DNA of 63,961 nucleotides, the filler included, from Octopus bimaculoides (Eukaryota): assembly GCF_001194135.2 (NCBI RefSeq). It is 5 parts of 4 records of this genome, joined end to end, with 100 filler letters (N's around TTAATTAATTAA, not from the genome) between each part and the next. Parts side by side here need not be neighbours in the genome. Positions count along the whole stretch, not along the records: positions 1 to 23,976 come from NC_068982.1; positions 24,077 to 44,350 come from NC_068982.1; 3 more parts are not named here. One strand, given 5' to 3'. Numbering within the stretch: position 1 is the first letter of the stretch; each line of letters begins with the position of its first letter. The translations under genes and the position numbers were made by a program. Below, piece after piece: positions 23,917 to 36,430 of the stretch. The notes under the pieces are model-generated. The model saw only the letters and a list, made by a program, of their open reading frames with translations, had not been told where the DNA came from and did not search any database.

Positions 23917-24219
23917 CATAAATATACAGGGATTAGCAGGAGCCTGCTTCTCCAACATACTGAGAATTCAGAAATANNNNNNNNNNNNNNNNNNNNNNNN
24001 NNNNNNNNNNNNNNNNNNNNTTAATTAATTAANNNNNNNNNNNNNNNNNNNNNNNNNNNNNNNNNNNNNNNNNNNNATTCCACTTGTCACAGAGGAGAAC
24101 CGTAAAACACTGTTTACTTCCTGGCATCGAGTTCAAGTGCATTCGTTATTCGGTGCAACCATGACAACCGACCGTAAAATAACAACAGGAAACAAGTGCG
24201 TTACCACCGCTGCTGTTTT

Positions 24220-25178
24220 CCACCACCACCACCACCATCACCACCATCATCTCGTCTACCGAAGCCGCCGCCGCTATCAACAACAACAACAACAGTAACA
24301 ACAACTACATCACCATTATCCCTAACACCACCGCTAACAACACCTTTGTCAGAACTACCATCACCGATACCATCTCTACCAATCACCACCACCAGCAGCA
24401 AGATCACCATCTCTAACATTATCAACACTTCCACTCCTATCAGATCAATGATCACCACCACCACCACCACCATCACTACCACCNNNNNNNNNNNNNNNNN
24501 NNNNNNNNNNNNNNNNNNNNNNNNNNNNNNNNNNNNNNNNNNNNNNNNNNNNNNNNNNNNNNNNNNNNNNNNNNNNNNNNNNNGTGGTGTCAGTGGTGGC
24601 AGTGATGGTAGTGATGGTGGTGTTGATGATGATGATGATGGAAGTGGTGGTGGTGGCGGTGGTGATGGAGGTGGTGGTGGCGGTGGTGGTGGTTGTAGCA
24701 GCAGTGGCAGTAATGGTGGTGACGATGGTGAGGGCTTCTTTTTCATTAGGCACAAGGCCAATTTCTTTTTTGTAAGGGAGACTGCATAGTTGATTGAACT
24801 GACCTCAATGCACACACAAGTATGCACACATGCACCCACATAAAAAGACACACATGCATGCACACAAACACACACGGATACATGCATAAAACATACCCAC
24901 ACATAGATACATGCGCAAACACATACAAACAAATACACGCATATATTCAATGCTTCCCCCACCAAAAAAAAGACTTATACACACAAACACATACACACGT
25001 ACCCACTCACACAGCACAGAGTGTTTCCCCCTATCACACACACACATGCACATGCACACACACACATGCACACACACACCACACACACCACACACACATA
25101 CACACATGCGCACACACACATGCATACACACACACGCATGCACACACATATGCACACACACACGCATGCACACACATG

Positions 25179-25212
<34 letters not shown>

Positions 25213-25230
25213 TACACAATGTAACATGAA
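24220..25230. repeat. Low-complexity (CAC/CAT/GGT)n and (CA)n-derived tracts
   Basis: Degenerate tri- and dinucleotide arrays; the ORFs here are poly-T/P/V/H artefacts. Confidence 0.9.
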
Positions 25231-25399
25231 TGTTTAATGAATGAAGCACTCAAAGTACACAACGTTCTCTGATGAACTCATGAAGCTATAAAGTGCATAT
25301 GAAGTACTATATACACTCACTCTATGTCTATATAAAGTACGGTATAATGTATAGCATTATAGTTCTAGTAAGGCAAATATATTTGAATAAACCAAAGAC

Positions 25400-26428
25400 T
25401 TTTAAGATAGTTGATCTGGTAGGAATAGTAGCCAAATTCCCCTCAAATTACAATATATCGTTTTATGAAAAGAAAAAAAAGGTTACATTGGTCTGTGTGA
25501 TTCCGAAACGTATAAAAAGATGAGTTGGCCATGGCTGGAATGCCTTTAATCATAGGTTTGTTCAATCAGAGGTTGACTTTGAGACAGACTACTGCTGCTG
25601 CCGCCACCACCACCACCACNNNNNNNNNNACTACCACCACCACTACCACCACCACACAACCACCACCATCATCATCTCCTGTACCAGCATCACCCACTAC
25701 TATCACCAATACAACCACCACCATACTACAGCCAGACTACCCCAACCGCAGCCACCAATTCTACCACTACCACCACTATCACTGATCTTACCATCCCCAC
25801 TACTACGACACAACTACCACCGTTACCACCACCAAAGCTGCTAGAAATAGCAGGCAAATATCCCTCAGATCAAGCTTAAGTATTTTAGAAAACGAAGGAC
25901 ATACTGGAAAATCTAGTACCAGATTTATAAAAAAGGTGAAATGGCCATGAATGGTTTGTCTTTAATTTTGAGTCTGTTCTGGCTTGTAGTTAAACAGAAA
26001 TAATGAGGGAGCCTGTACGCCTGCAAGAAATAATAACTCAGTCGGCCCCTAAATTACATAATATCATATTGAGAGGATTGAGTATTTATTGAATAAAATG
26101 CCTTTGGCTCTACACTGTCAAAAAACTGACGCAGTGGTCATGGTCGGGTTACATTGGACTATAGACATTCTGGATCATGATTGACATGATGATAAACAAC
26201 AACAATTTTTGCGGTTCCAAATGTCACAAAAACTTTTAAAAAGTCGGTTGATATTCTAGAAGTATAAGGCAAGCTGTGTTTAAAAACGAAGGACATCTTC
26301 AAAACCAAGAACATATAGTAGTCCTTGTGTTTCTAGAACTGAAAAAAGGAAAGGATAGTCACGATTGGAATATTTTTGAGTGCAGATTTACTTGAGCCAG
26401 CTGACCTGAAGCTAAACTACATCTACTA

Positions 26429-26489
<61 letters not shown>

Positions 26490-27131
26490 TGTTGCTGCTG
26501 CTACTGCTACTGCTGCTGCTGCTGCTGCTGCACTTCAAGCCCCGCAAAATACTTTGTAAGGCTGAAACTTAAAACTATTACACTAATAACAAACCTAAAA
26601 TCACTTTTATGAAACTAAAGACTCTTATCGTCATACACAATATCTCCTCTGCAATAATGTTCATCCCATCAGCACACCAAATTTATATTTTATACAAACA
26701 TCAATTTAGACTGATTCCATCACAACGGAGGAAGCCTCACAACATAGAGAAAATATTGTATCCCGTATGTAGATATCACAAATTGAACGGATTTAAGGAC
26801 AAGTGATAGCATAAATGATAAAAAAATATACAGCTAAGAAAATATTCAGAGTGGCCGGGCTACATGCCTAAATTGTTCCTAAGTTTGCTGTTCCTAAGCA
26901 GGGGAATGGATGACTATATATATATTTGTGCGTGTGCGTACTAGTGTATATATATATGTGTATGCACGTGTGTGTGTGTGTATGTGTGTGTAGGCGCAGG
27001 TGGGGCTATGCAGTAAGAGGCTTGCTTCTCAACTACATAGTTCTGGGTTCAGTCCCACTACTATAGACTCAGGCTGACCAAAGCCTAGCAAGTGGATTTG
27101 GTCAACGGAAACTGAAAGAAGCCCGTCGTAC

Positions 27132-27195
<64 letters not shown>

Positions 27196-27517
27196 NNNNN
27201 NNNNNNNNNNNNNNNNNNNNNNNNNNNNNNNNNNNNNNNNNNNNNNNNNNNNNNNNNNNNNNNNNNNNNNNNNNNNNNNNNNNNNNNNNNNNNNNNNNNN
27301 NNNNNNNNNNNNNNNNNNNNNNNNNNNNNNNNNNNNNNNNNNNNNNNNNNNNNNNNNNNNNNNNNNNNNNNNNNNNNNNNNNNNNNNNNNNNNNNNNNNN
27401 NNNNNNNNNNNNNNNNNNNNNNNNNNNNNNNNNNNNNNNNNNNNNNNNNNNNNNNNNNNNNNNNNNNNNNNNNNNNNNNNNNNNNNNNNNNNNNNNNNNN
27501 NNNNNNNNNNNNNNNNN

Positions 27518-27566
<49 letters not shown>

Positions 27567-28274
27567 ACCAACCATGATACCAGGTTACACATTCCAATTA
27601 CATTTTGACACTCTTCAAACACCGTCAGAAAGGCCATGTGTCCAAGCGGTTGCCCTGCACCATAACATACCATTAATCACTGCCGTAAAATTCTCAGAGA
27701 GCAATGAAGAAAAATGAATTTGGGAGTGGCACCTCTTCGTTTGGTCGACACTTTGGGTGACAAGCGGCTTCTGGATCAAAGCTGACCTGAGATTACTCAA
27801 TAACACCACTACCAACAACAACAGTAGCAACAATTCTCTGCCTGATCGTTCAACATTCTAAAAATACAACCAAATTTTCTTTAAACCACAATCTACTGTC
27901 TTTTAAAACTAAATGCCACATTGGACGAGAGCAAAGCCTTATGTACGGAATAACGAAATGGCCATAGATGGATTTCCATTCCATATAGATCGACTGGATC
28001 AGGGGCGACAATAACAACTACAATAACCACACCATAAACAGCAATTCTATTTTCAGCACTTCTAATACCAGAAAAGAAACCTCTACGCGGTGGTTTAATT
28101 TGGTAGAAATAGTAGCTAAGTGTTCCTCAAACTACATCTTATTGTCTTAAAGAAAGGGAACAGTGAATAATGCAGTTTGAGACATATTATTCTGGAAACA
28201 AAGAAGAGGGATAGCTATGCTGGAATGTACTTTGGCTCCAGTATTTTGCAGCCGGACGACCGGACCAGGGCTGT

Positions 28275-28305
<31 letters not shown>

Positions 28306-28850
28306 ACTACTAACACAGGTGGAGCTGACGAAGAAACCTCTATATGACGACTCGACTTGCTGGAAAGAGTAGACAAATTTCCCTCAAATTACATCCCATT
28401 GTCTTAGGAAATAAATCACTGGTCTGTGATTTGCTCACACAAAGCTGCCATGGGCTAAACAGTAACAACAGCAACAACAAGCAATGCAATACCACCATAA
28501 ACAATTATCAAACTACAGTAACNNNNNNNNNNNNNNNNNNNNNNNNNNNNNNNNNNNNNNNNNNNNNNNNNNNNNNNNNNNNNNNNNNNNNNNNNNNNNN
28601 NNNNNNNNNNNNNNNNNNNCAACCGCAGCAATACCATTACGAACGAGGAAATACTTATGTGAACATTTGACCCAGTAACAATACAAGACAAACAAGCTTC
28701 AAATCATACCTCAGAGGAGGCCATGCAATACACTATAATATAGTCTTACGTATCTCGAACGAGACTGGATGTTCGTGGTTGGATTGTCTTAGATCAGGGG
28801 TTGATTTAGGTCTAAACAGCAGCAGCTCAAACACAAAACTATAAACAAAA
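25400..28850 (+). repeat. Cluster of about 9 diverged, same-orientation copies of a short SINE-like element, each ending in a trinucleotide tail
   Basis: Recurring AGAAATAG(C/T)AG..AAAT..CCTCAAAT, GG(C/T)CA(T/C)G..TGGAAT and GCTGACC/..AAACAACAAC motifs at ~25410, 25840, 26090, 26270, 27770, 27900, 28090, 28350 and 28690. Boundaries judged by eye. Confidence 0.6.
26991..27160 (+). mobile_element. SINE family A 5' half with an internal deletion, broken by microsatellite and gap
   Basis: TAGGCGCAGGTGGGCT..GGGTTCAGTCCCAC..GGATTTGGTCAACGGAAACTGAAAGAAGCCCGTCG. Confidence 0.85.
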
Positions 28851-28869
28851 CAAACAACACCATCGATGA

Positions 28870-29140
28870 CGACTGTTCTAGATGATCCGATCAACGGAGC
28901 AGCCTGTTCGTGAAACTAATGTGCAAGTGGTTGATTACTCCGCAGACACTCATACCTTTAACGTAGTTTTCAAGGAGATCCAGAGTAATACAGAATGTGA
29001 CAAGGCTGGCCCTTTGAAATGCAGATACAACTCATTTTTGCCTGCTGGGTGGACTGGAGCAACGTGAAATAAAATGCTTTGCTCAACGACACTATGCGCC
29101 GCCGAGAATCGCAGGGAATCGAACTCACGACGTTACAAGC
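28870..29140 (-). mobile_element. SINE family B (tRNA-like head plus a core shared with 44451-44750)
   Basis: Minus-strand head GTGGCTTAGTGGTTAG..GAGTTCGATTC; core CAGCCTTGTCACA..CCACTTGCAC..GTTGATCGGATC. Confidence 0.75.
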
Positions 29141-29299
29141 GTGAGCTGAATACCCTAACCACTAAGCCACGCGCCTTCACTAATCGATGCCATAACCATT
29201 CCCGATAACTACCACCACCACGATGTGATTTTCCATAGATAAATTCCTTTATCGTAAATACGATGGGAATTTTATGAATAAACTAATAAAGCTTCTTAA

Positions 29300-32200
29300 A
29301 ATTTTGAGATGTTGCTAACAAATTTCTGTCTTAGCTATGCTAACTTGTCGACGCTCCTCTCAAAAATTTCATAAATTCCCATATCTTAGCTATGCTAGGT
29401 CCTACCAAAAAATCTAGTGTCCTATACATAAGTTCGCCCCTACGCTGGAATTATCGACGCTCCTCTCAAAAATTCCCTCCTACCTACCCCCAATCTACCA
29501 CCAGTCATGTAAAATAGCAGTCCTATCAAACAGCCTCTATTAGTAGAATCAAGACTTAACTTTGGAACAAAATTTGGATGAAGATATGGGATCAACTGAT
29601 GCTCACTTGTCTCCTAGTGAGAATCAAGATCATGGTCCCAAACGCAAAGAAATTCGTAGGGAACAGGCCCAACTTATGAGTAGTAAGAGCCCTGCAGTCT
29701 TGGCTGATAATTTTACTAGAGATGGTATCACGATAAAAATACTGGTTGGTGGCTAACCTTAAAACACATACCTCGATGCTGAGTGAAAATGCCTAATACA
29801 AATATATCAAATAATGGTGTTGATGAGGCTGGAACCAAAGGTGAAAGCCTTTCGCCCGGCAGGTGCCCTATGGTTGAGCAGCGCAGGGCCGGTCGTCATC
29901 CAGAGACAGAGAAGGTAGGATAAGGAGGCAAACCGAACGGTAATTGAATGCTGGATCAGGAGTGAACCCAGCAGAAAGGAATTTCGACAGCGAATGAAAG
30001 CGAAATGGAATGTGATAGGACTCTTCGAAACAAGTGAGCAATGGTTAACCGACCAGGCAAGAGCAAAAGGGTGGTTAACAGACATAGAAATAGAAGAGAT
30101 AAAAAGGAAAGTAGAAAATAGAAATAATACTTCACCAACAGATAAGGTGCCCAGTGAGAACAGAAAAATGAAAGGTGGCAGTGAAGAAGTAGAGCAAAGT
30201 ATATATGTAAAAGAATTCTCAGCGAATGAAGCAGAAGTAATAGGAAGAGCTATATCACAAGAATACGATGATGACCAACAAGACACAGTGAGAACGCTGT
30301 GCCGATATATTAGAGAAGACCAGGATCAAGCACCCTACAACCCGAGGTACATTGACCGAAGCAAGTTCAAGGTTGAAACCGAAAAGATAGATTCGGTTCT
30401 TGGGCTATTCCATTCGAGAAATATAAGTGATTCTAACATACTGCATACATGGATCTTGAAATCGCTAGATATCTTCAAAATTTCTCCTGTGATTTCAAGC
30501 TTCTTGAAGCACGACATGTCAGTGTGGAATACGAATCTCCAATTATACCACTCTAATGGAGTTCTGACTTCAAACAATATTAATATCAACTGTGGCATTT
30601 TCCCAGGTAACTCGCTTTCACCTTTAATTTTTTTGCACAGCATAATTCTAATACTCTTTACAAGTGAATTTAACAGAACAGGGTATGGGTATAAAATTGA
30701 CAAGAAAATAAGTCATCTATTTTATATGGATGACTTAAAACTCTATGGCAAAGACAATAACGAGTTTGAAGTCCTGCTACGTATTGTGAAAGCATACAGT
30801 GATGACATCGGGATGGAATTTGGCCTTGATAAATGTGCCAAGGCCACTTTCCAGAAGGGGAAATTGAATTGGTGTCAGATGTTGACAAAAGACCTCAAGC
30901 AGGAACAAACCTACAAATACCTTGGAATAAATGAGGGCTCTGCCATTCAGCATGCAAGCGTGAAAGGAGATCAAAAAGGAATGCTACAGGAAAGTTCAAG
31001 CAGCCCTGAACTGAGTTAAGTACACGTAACAAGGTGTTAGCCACAAAGCAAACACAGATCAGTTTTACCTTCCCAGTGTCCAAGAAGGTCGAGGCTTGAT
31101 CCAATTTGAAATCTCTTACAAAACTACTACTATTGGACTGGCCAAATATTTTGAAATACTTAACGACTTGATGCTAAAACTCGTTGACGTAAGAAGTTCC
31201 ATTCTGTCATGAAGGAGAGCAAAATATTTGCTAGTGAATTCATGCATAATACTCAGGTTGAACAGCATGATGGAAGTGCGGCAAAGAAAGTGAAATCAAT
31301 GGCTAAGAAAAAAGTGTTTGTACAATTGGCTGTTAGGTGGGAACAAAAACCTCTGCATGGCAAAAATGTAGCAAACTAATTGATGTAGACCAGAAGCACC
31401 CATCAGTGGCGACAGATCTCAGAGCTAAAGGTAGTGGGCGAAGACCTTATCTTAGCTTCTGAAGATCAGAGATTGTTGAGTCGTAATACCAATGTGATGA
31501 AAAATGTAGTAGACCCAAAGTGTCGATACTGCAACGATGAGATTGAAACAGCGAGCCATCTAATCTCTGGGTGTAAAGTTTTGCACCTACAGAGTATGAA
31601 TCAAGACAAGACAGAGTTGGCCAATATCTACACTACATAATATATCGGCATTATAAAATCAAAACTGCTGACAAATGGTACAAGTACCACACTGAGGCTA
31701 TAAGTGAGGGAGAAAATATAACAATTCTTTGGGACTTTCCGGTACATACAGACCGGACTATCAAAGCTAATAAACCAGATATTGTGAAAGACCAAAACAA
31801 TAAAGTCTGTTTATCGATTGACATGAGCATACCTTGTGATCATATCTCGGCAAAAGAATTTGATAAGCTCAGAAAATATAAAGATTTGCTGATTGAAATC
31901 GAAAAAAATGTGGCATCTTAAAACGGTTACAATACCAGTGGTTGTAGGAGCACTTGGAATGATCAAAAAAGGAACTGAAAATTATATGAGGATGATCCCT
32001 GGCTTCCCATCCATACAAGAAGTGCAAAAGATTGTTTTATACTGGTACGTCACACGTATTAAGAAGAGCATTGTCGCTGTCAATTTTAACTTTCTTTTCC
32101 CCTTTATATTCTTTGTTTTCCTTTGTCATTTTTTCTTATTTCCTTTTTCTTTCTTCCTTCCCCTTTTTTCTATCAAATGACTTTGTGAACTGACAGAATC

Positions 32201-32381
32201 GTTAGCTTGCCGAGCAAAATGCTTAGCGACATTTCTTCCGTCATTACGTAAATGAACAATTTTGTGTGTTTATTTCAACGGCCTATCAATGTTTACAGTG
32301 AGCTTCTTTGCCCTAGGTGTCAGGGAGACACTCAGCAAGAAATGGATACAAAATTGAAAGAAGATGAAGATGATGGTGATG

Positions 32382-32439
<58 letters not shown>

Positions 32440-32450
32440 TGATGATGATG
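29300..32450 (+). mobile_element. R4/Dong-like RLE non-LTR retrotransposon with a large internal deletion and a (TAA)n tail
   Basis: ORF 29994-31019 includes CGIFPGNSLSPL and HLFYMDDLKLY (RT); KCRYC..ETASHLISGC zinc knuckle; RLE motifs KPDIV..ID and KLRKYKDL..IPVVVGALG; (AAT)n at ~32383-32436. Clade assignment is approximate. Confidence 0.88.
32183..32255 (+). mobile_element. SINE family C 5' fragment inside the LINE 3' UTR
   Basis: GTGAACTGACAGAATCGTTAGCTTGCCGAGCAAAATGCTTAG matches the head of the minus copy at 32470-32661. Confidence 0.7.
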
Positions 32451-32469
32451 ATTTCAAATTATAGCACAC

Positions 32470-32661
32470 GGTCAACAATTCCCGGGGTGGGGTTAAGTCG
32501 ATTACATCAACCCCAGTGCTCAATTGCTACCTATTTTATCGTCCCGAAAGGATGAAAGGCAAAAATCAACCTTGGCGAGATTTGAACTCGGAACGTGATG
32601 ACGGAAGAAATGTTGCTAAGCATTTTGCGCGGCAAGCTAACGAATCTGCCAGTTCACTGCC
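32470..32661 (-). mobile_element. SINE family C copy
   Basis: Minus strand GGCAGTGAACTGGCAGATTCGTTAGC..CGAGTTCAAATC..CCTTTCGGGACGATAAAATAGGTA; related to 38007-38175. Confidence 0.8.
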
Positions 32662-32689
32662 TTCCCACCATCACTAAATTGACCATCAC

Positions 32690-35050
32690 TACCAACATCA
32701 ACATCATTGTTAATAGTGACATCTTACACGTGACCGCCATTACCACCATTAACACCACCAGCACAACCAGCACAACTACCACCACTACCAACATCAACAC
32801 AATTAACGACACCACCACCATCACCACCACCACCACCACCACCACCACAACCACCATCACTACCACTATTACTACTACTGCCTCTTCCAGCACCGCCGCC
32901 GCCACCATTATCTACACAAATATCACCAAGGACACACCTTTTCCAGCATCACTAACACCATTGCTATCAACACAGTCGCCCAAACCACCACCACCACCAC
33001 CACACAATCCACCACCACTGCCACCACCACTACCACCACCGCCGCCACCATCGCCATCATTAGTCTTCCTATAAACACTAACTCCGCCATGCCAACATCT
33101 CCGCCCCATCCTACGTCTATTCCGCTTATCTTTACTTTATGGTTTCTTAATGTTACGCGCCATTTTGTTATTATTTTCGTTTTGTTTTGTTTTGTCTTAT
33201 TTTGCTGTTTCTTTTTTGTCTATTGTTTATTGTTTTATTTATTTGTTGGTTTATGTTGTTTCTTTATTTGTTTATTGGCACAGCTTCGTGTTTGTAATTA
33301 TTTGCGTGTGTTTATGCGTGTGCACATATTTGTATGTATGTATGTGTTTGTATGTAAGTATTTGTATGTGGGTATGTATATTTGTATATATTTTAGCACG
33401 TAATTCTGTGTCTATATATATGTACGTATTCATATGTATGCTTGTGTTATTGCATGTATATGTGTGTATGGGTGTATGTTTTTATACATGTATATATATT
33501 AAACTCTGCTTGTATGTGTATGTATATGCACTTGTTTGTGCTTGTATATACCTATGTAATATGTCTATATACATCTTTCTTGATATGTATTGATATATAT
33601 ACTGTTTGTATTAGTACTTATGCGTTTGTATATGTTTATATCTTAGTATGTGTTTGTGTATCACTTGTGTGTGTTTCAATGTCTGTATATTTCTGTATGT
33701 TTGCTTATGCTTGCTTGTGTGTATGTGTTTGTATATTTGCGAGTGATCGTGTCTGTGCCTATCTTTGTAGCTGTTTGTATGTGATTGTATATGTTTATTT
33801 GTGCCTATATTCATTTATATTCGTATTTTTGCACGTATTTGTGTGTGTGTGTGTCTTTGTGTATGTAGATATATCTGTGTGTGTGTGTGTTTTATGTTTT
33901 AGCCTGTTTTTCTTTTCGTTTTTATTTATGTTATATATTCAATGTTGTTTTTGTATTCTGGTGACTTTTACAAAACGTTTCGTGTGGTTACAACAGCGAA
34001 ATTGACGAAAGAAAAAGAGAATAGAGAGAAAGAAAAAGGGAAAGAATTGAGAGAGGAGGAGAGGGACAGTATGAGGTATGGGAAGGGAGAAATATAAAAA
34101 AATGGAAGAAAGGAAAAAATATAAAACCAAATTGTAAAAGAACAGGAAAACTAAGGAGAGGTTCAACTGTAGAATGGTAAATGGAAGGAAGAGAGAGAGA
34201 GAGAGATAGGTAACGAGAGGGAGAAAGAGGGAGGTAGAAAGAGAAAGGGAGAGAGTGAGTGAAGGGGAGAGAGATACGAAGAGAGAAAGAAAGAGAGAAA
34301 GAGATGGGGAAAGAGTGAAAAGATGGGGAGAGGTTGAGAGAGATGAGGAGGAATAGAGAAAATTAAAGAAAGGAAGAGAGACGTAAATGAAGCAAAGAAG
34401 GAAATTAGAAAGAAAAATAGAAAATAAAAGAATGAATAAAGAAATGAAAAAGCTAAAATTGAATATAAATGAAGGAAAACTAAGAAGAAAATCAATTGAA
34501 AAATTCACCGCAAAGAAAGAGGAAAGGAAATGCGAGAAAAAGAAAGTGAGAGAAAGAAAGAATGGGATTATGTGGAATAAAGAGTGAATGAAGGAATAGG
34601 AACGAAAGGGAAAGAAAAGAAAATGAAAAGAAGAAGAAAAAAAGAGATTTGATATAAATGGGGAGAATTTTAAAATGATGATGGTGGAATGAAAAGAATG
34701 AAAAATCGGGATTTGGGTGAGAAACAGTAATTAGTAAAAAACAAGGAGAATTATAGAAAGAGAGGGGGAAGAGAAAAAAGAAGGAGAAAGAGAGAAAGAT
34801 AAGAAAGATAGAAATGGAGGAATTAAAAGAAAGACAGGGAAAATAGAGGAAAAATTTGTACCGAAAGAAAAGAAAGCAGGAAAGAAAGAAGATAGTGAAT
34901 GTATGAAACACAGAGAGCCGAGAAGAAATTTTAGGAAGTAAACAAGAAAGGAATAAGAAAGAAAATAAAAAGAAAATAAAACAAATGACTTAAATAAAAG
35001 CAAATGACAAAAAAAAAATGAAAGAAAAGGAAGAAAGATAGGTGAATGAG
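32690..35050. repeat. Long low-complexity block: (CAC)n, then ~0.9 kb TG/T-rich, then ~1 kb GA-rich polypurine
   Basis: Direct base composition; all ORFs here are compositional artefacts. Confidence 0.9.
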
Positions 35051-35747
35051 GAGAAAATAATAGAGAAGGAATGTGTTTTGAAGAAATTACGGAATGGTAA
35101 AAATGGCCGAGAAAAATGATAAATTTTGAGATGGAATTACGGTGTAAGTTAAAGAAATACTTTCACGAATCTGTTTTTAGTGTAGTCTTTGCTGTTAATG
35201 CTGAAGTCGGATTAGATATAATCAAGCAGACACATCGTAAGGGGTGCTCCAGGCTTAACCATCTCGTCTGTTTAGTATATACAGTGCATCAATCCATACA
35301 CATTTATCCAATGTGCTCTTCTCTAAGATGGGAGAGAGTAATGTTGGCACTCCTACACTTCCGCACCACAAGGGAGATCACTGTGATACATATAACACTG
35401 AGTCGATAAGTCATGCAATTATATTTTTGACGAATTATTAAGAAATAATGGTTATAATTATAATCAAAATTAATTATTAATTATGAGTGTTGGTCCCATA
35501 AAGTAATTAGTGTCATGTTGTAATAAAAACAAATAATTTTCATTTTTATATTTGATTTTGAATCTGTTTAGACGAGGTGGCGGGTGGAGAGAATCATATG
35601 ATTTATGAAACGGTAATCCAACTAATGTCTTTTCAGAATCATCGTTTTGTTTCGGTTTGATGGCAAAATCTTAAAGACCACACTCCCGTACTCCCTCTCT
35701 CCCCAACTCAACTCACTCTGTATTTGTAGGTGTGTGTATGTATGTGC

Positions 35748-35793
<46 letters not shown>

Positions 35794-36303
35794 GTGTGTG
35801 TATGTGTTTGTGCTTGTACAATACTACAACACATTTGAATGTACTACCGATAATAACACGCTTTCTCCGAGCTTTTGATTATTTTCTGTCTTAAATTTGA
35901 TAAGGGGAATATTTCCCGAAATATAATAGAAACATTAAACTTATGTAGGGTAATACAATCTTCATTTTGCTTTTAATTTATTTGCATCACTTTAGATATT
36001 TTGTCGAACTCCTCACCTTGCCTATACAATCTTCAAAATGTATGTATGTAGGTATGAATGTGTGTATATACATAGGAATGTGTGTATGTGTGTGTTTATA
36101 TCAAGTTATATATAAAAATAGAAAACACAGAAATAAAGAAACGGAAGCGTCAAGGAGGAAAGAACAAAAGGAAAAATAATGCAATCTGTAAATAAATAAA
36201 AAAAAGAAACTTTGTGTTCACAACAAACAAGATGAGGACAAATATCCGTCAAATGTAAATAATGCACATAATTCCTCATCTCTTAAATATAGAACTGAAG
36301 AAA

Positions 36304-36307
<4 letters not shown>

Positions 36308-36364
<57 letters not shown>

Positions 36365-36378
36365 CTGAGTGATTGATA

Positions 36379-36423
<45 letters not shown>

Positions 36424-36430
36424 GTTGGTT
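36308..36430. repeat. Compound (GATA)n(GATT)n microsatellite
   Basis: Read directly. Confidence 0.95.

Noticed and set aside
24021-24032. TTAATTAATTAA islands inside N runs (also 44395-44406, 58466-58477 and 62850-62861)
   Set aside because: An identical 12-mer with stops in all six frames, centred in gaps of similar size, is a scaffolding or join marker rather than biology.
27700-27790. Minus-strand peptide VSFDPEAACHPKCRPNEEVPLPNSFFFIAL* after a CTCAG acceptor
   Set aside because: It looks protein-like, but the acceptor and first codons are the reverse complement of the SINE-like tail (GATCAAAGCTGACCTGAG) and no homolog is recognised.
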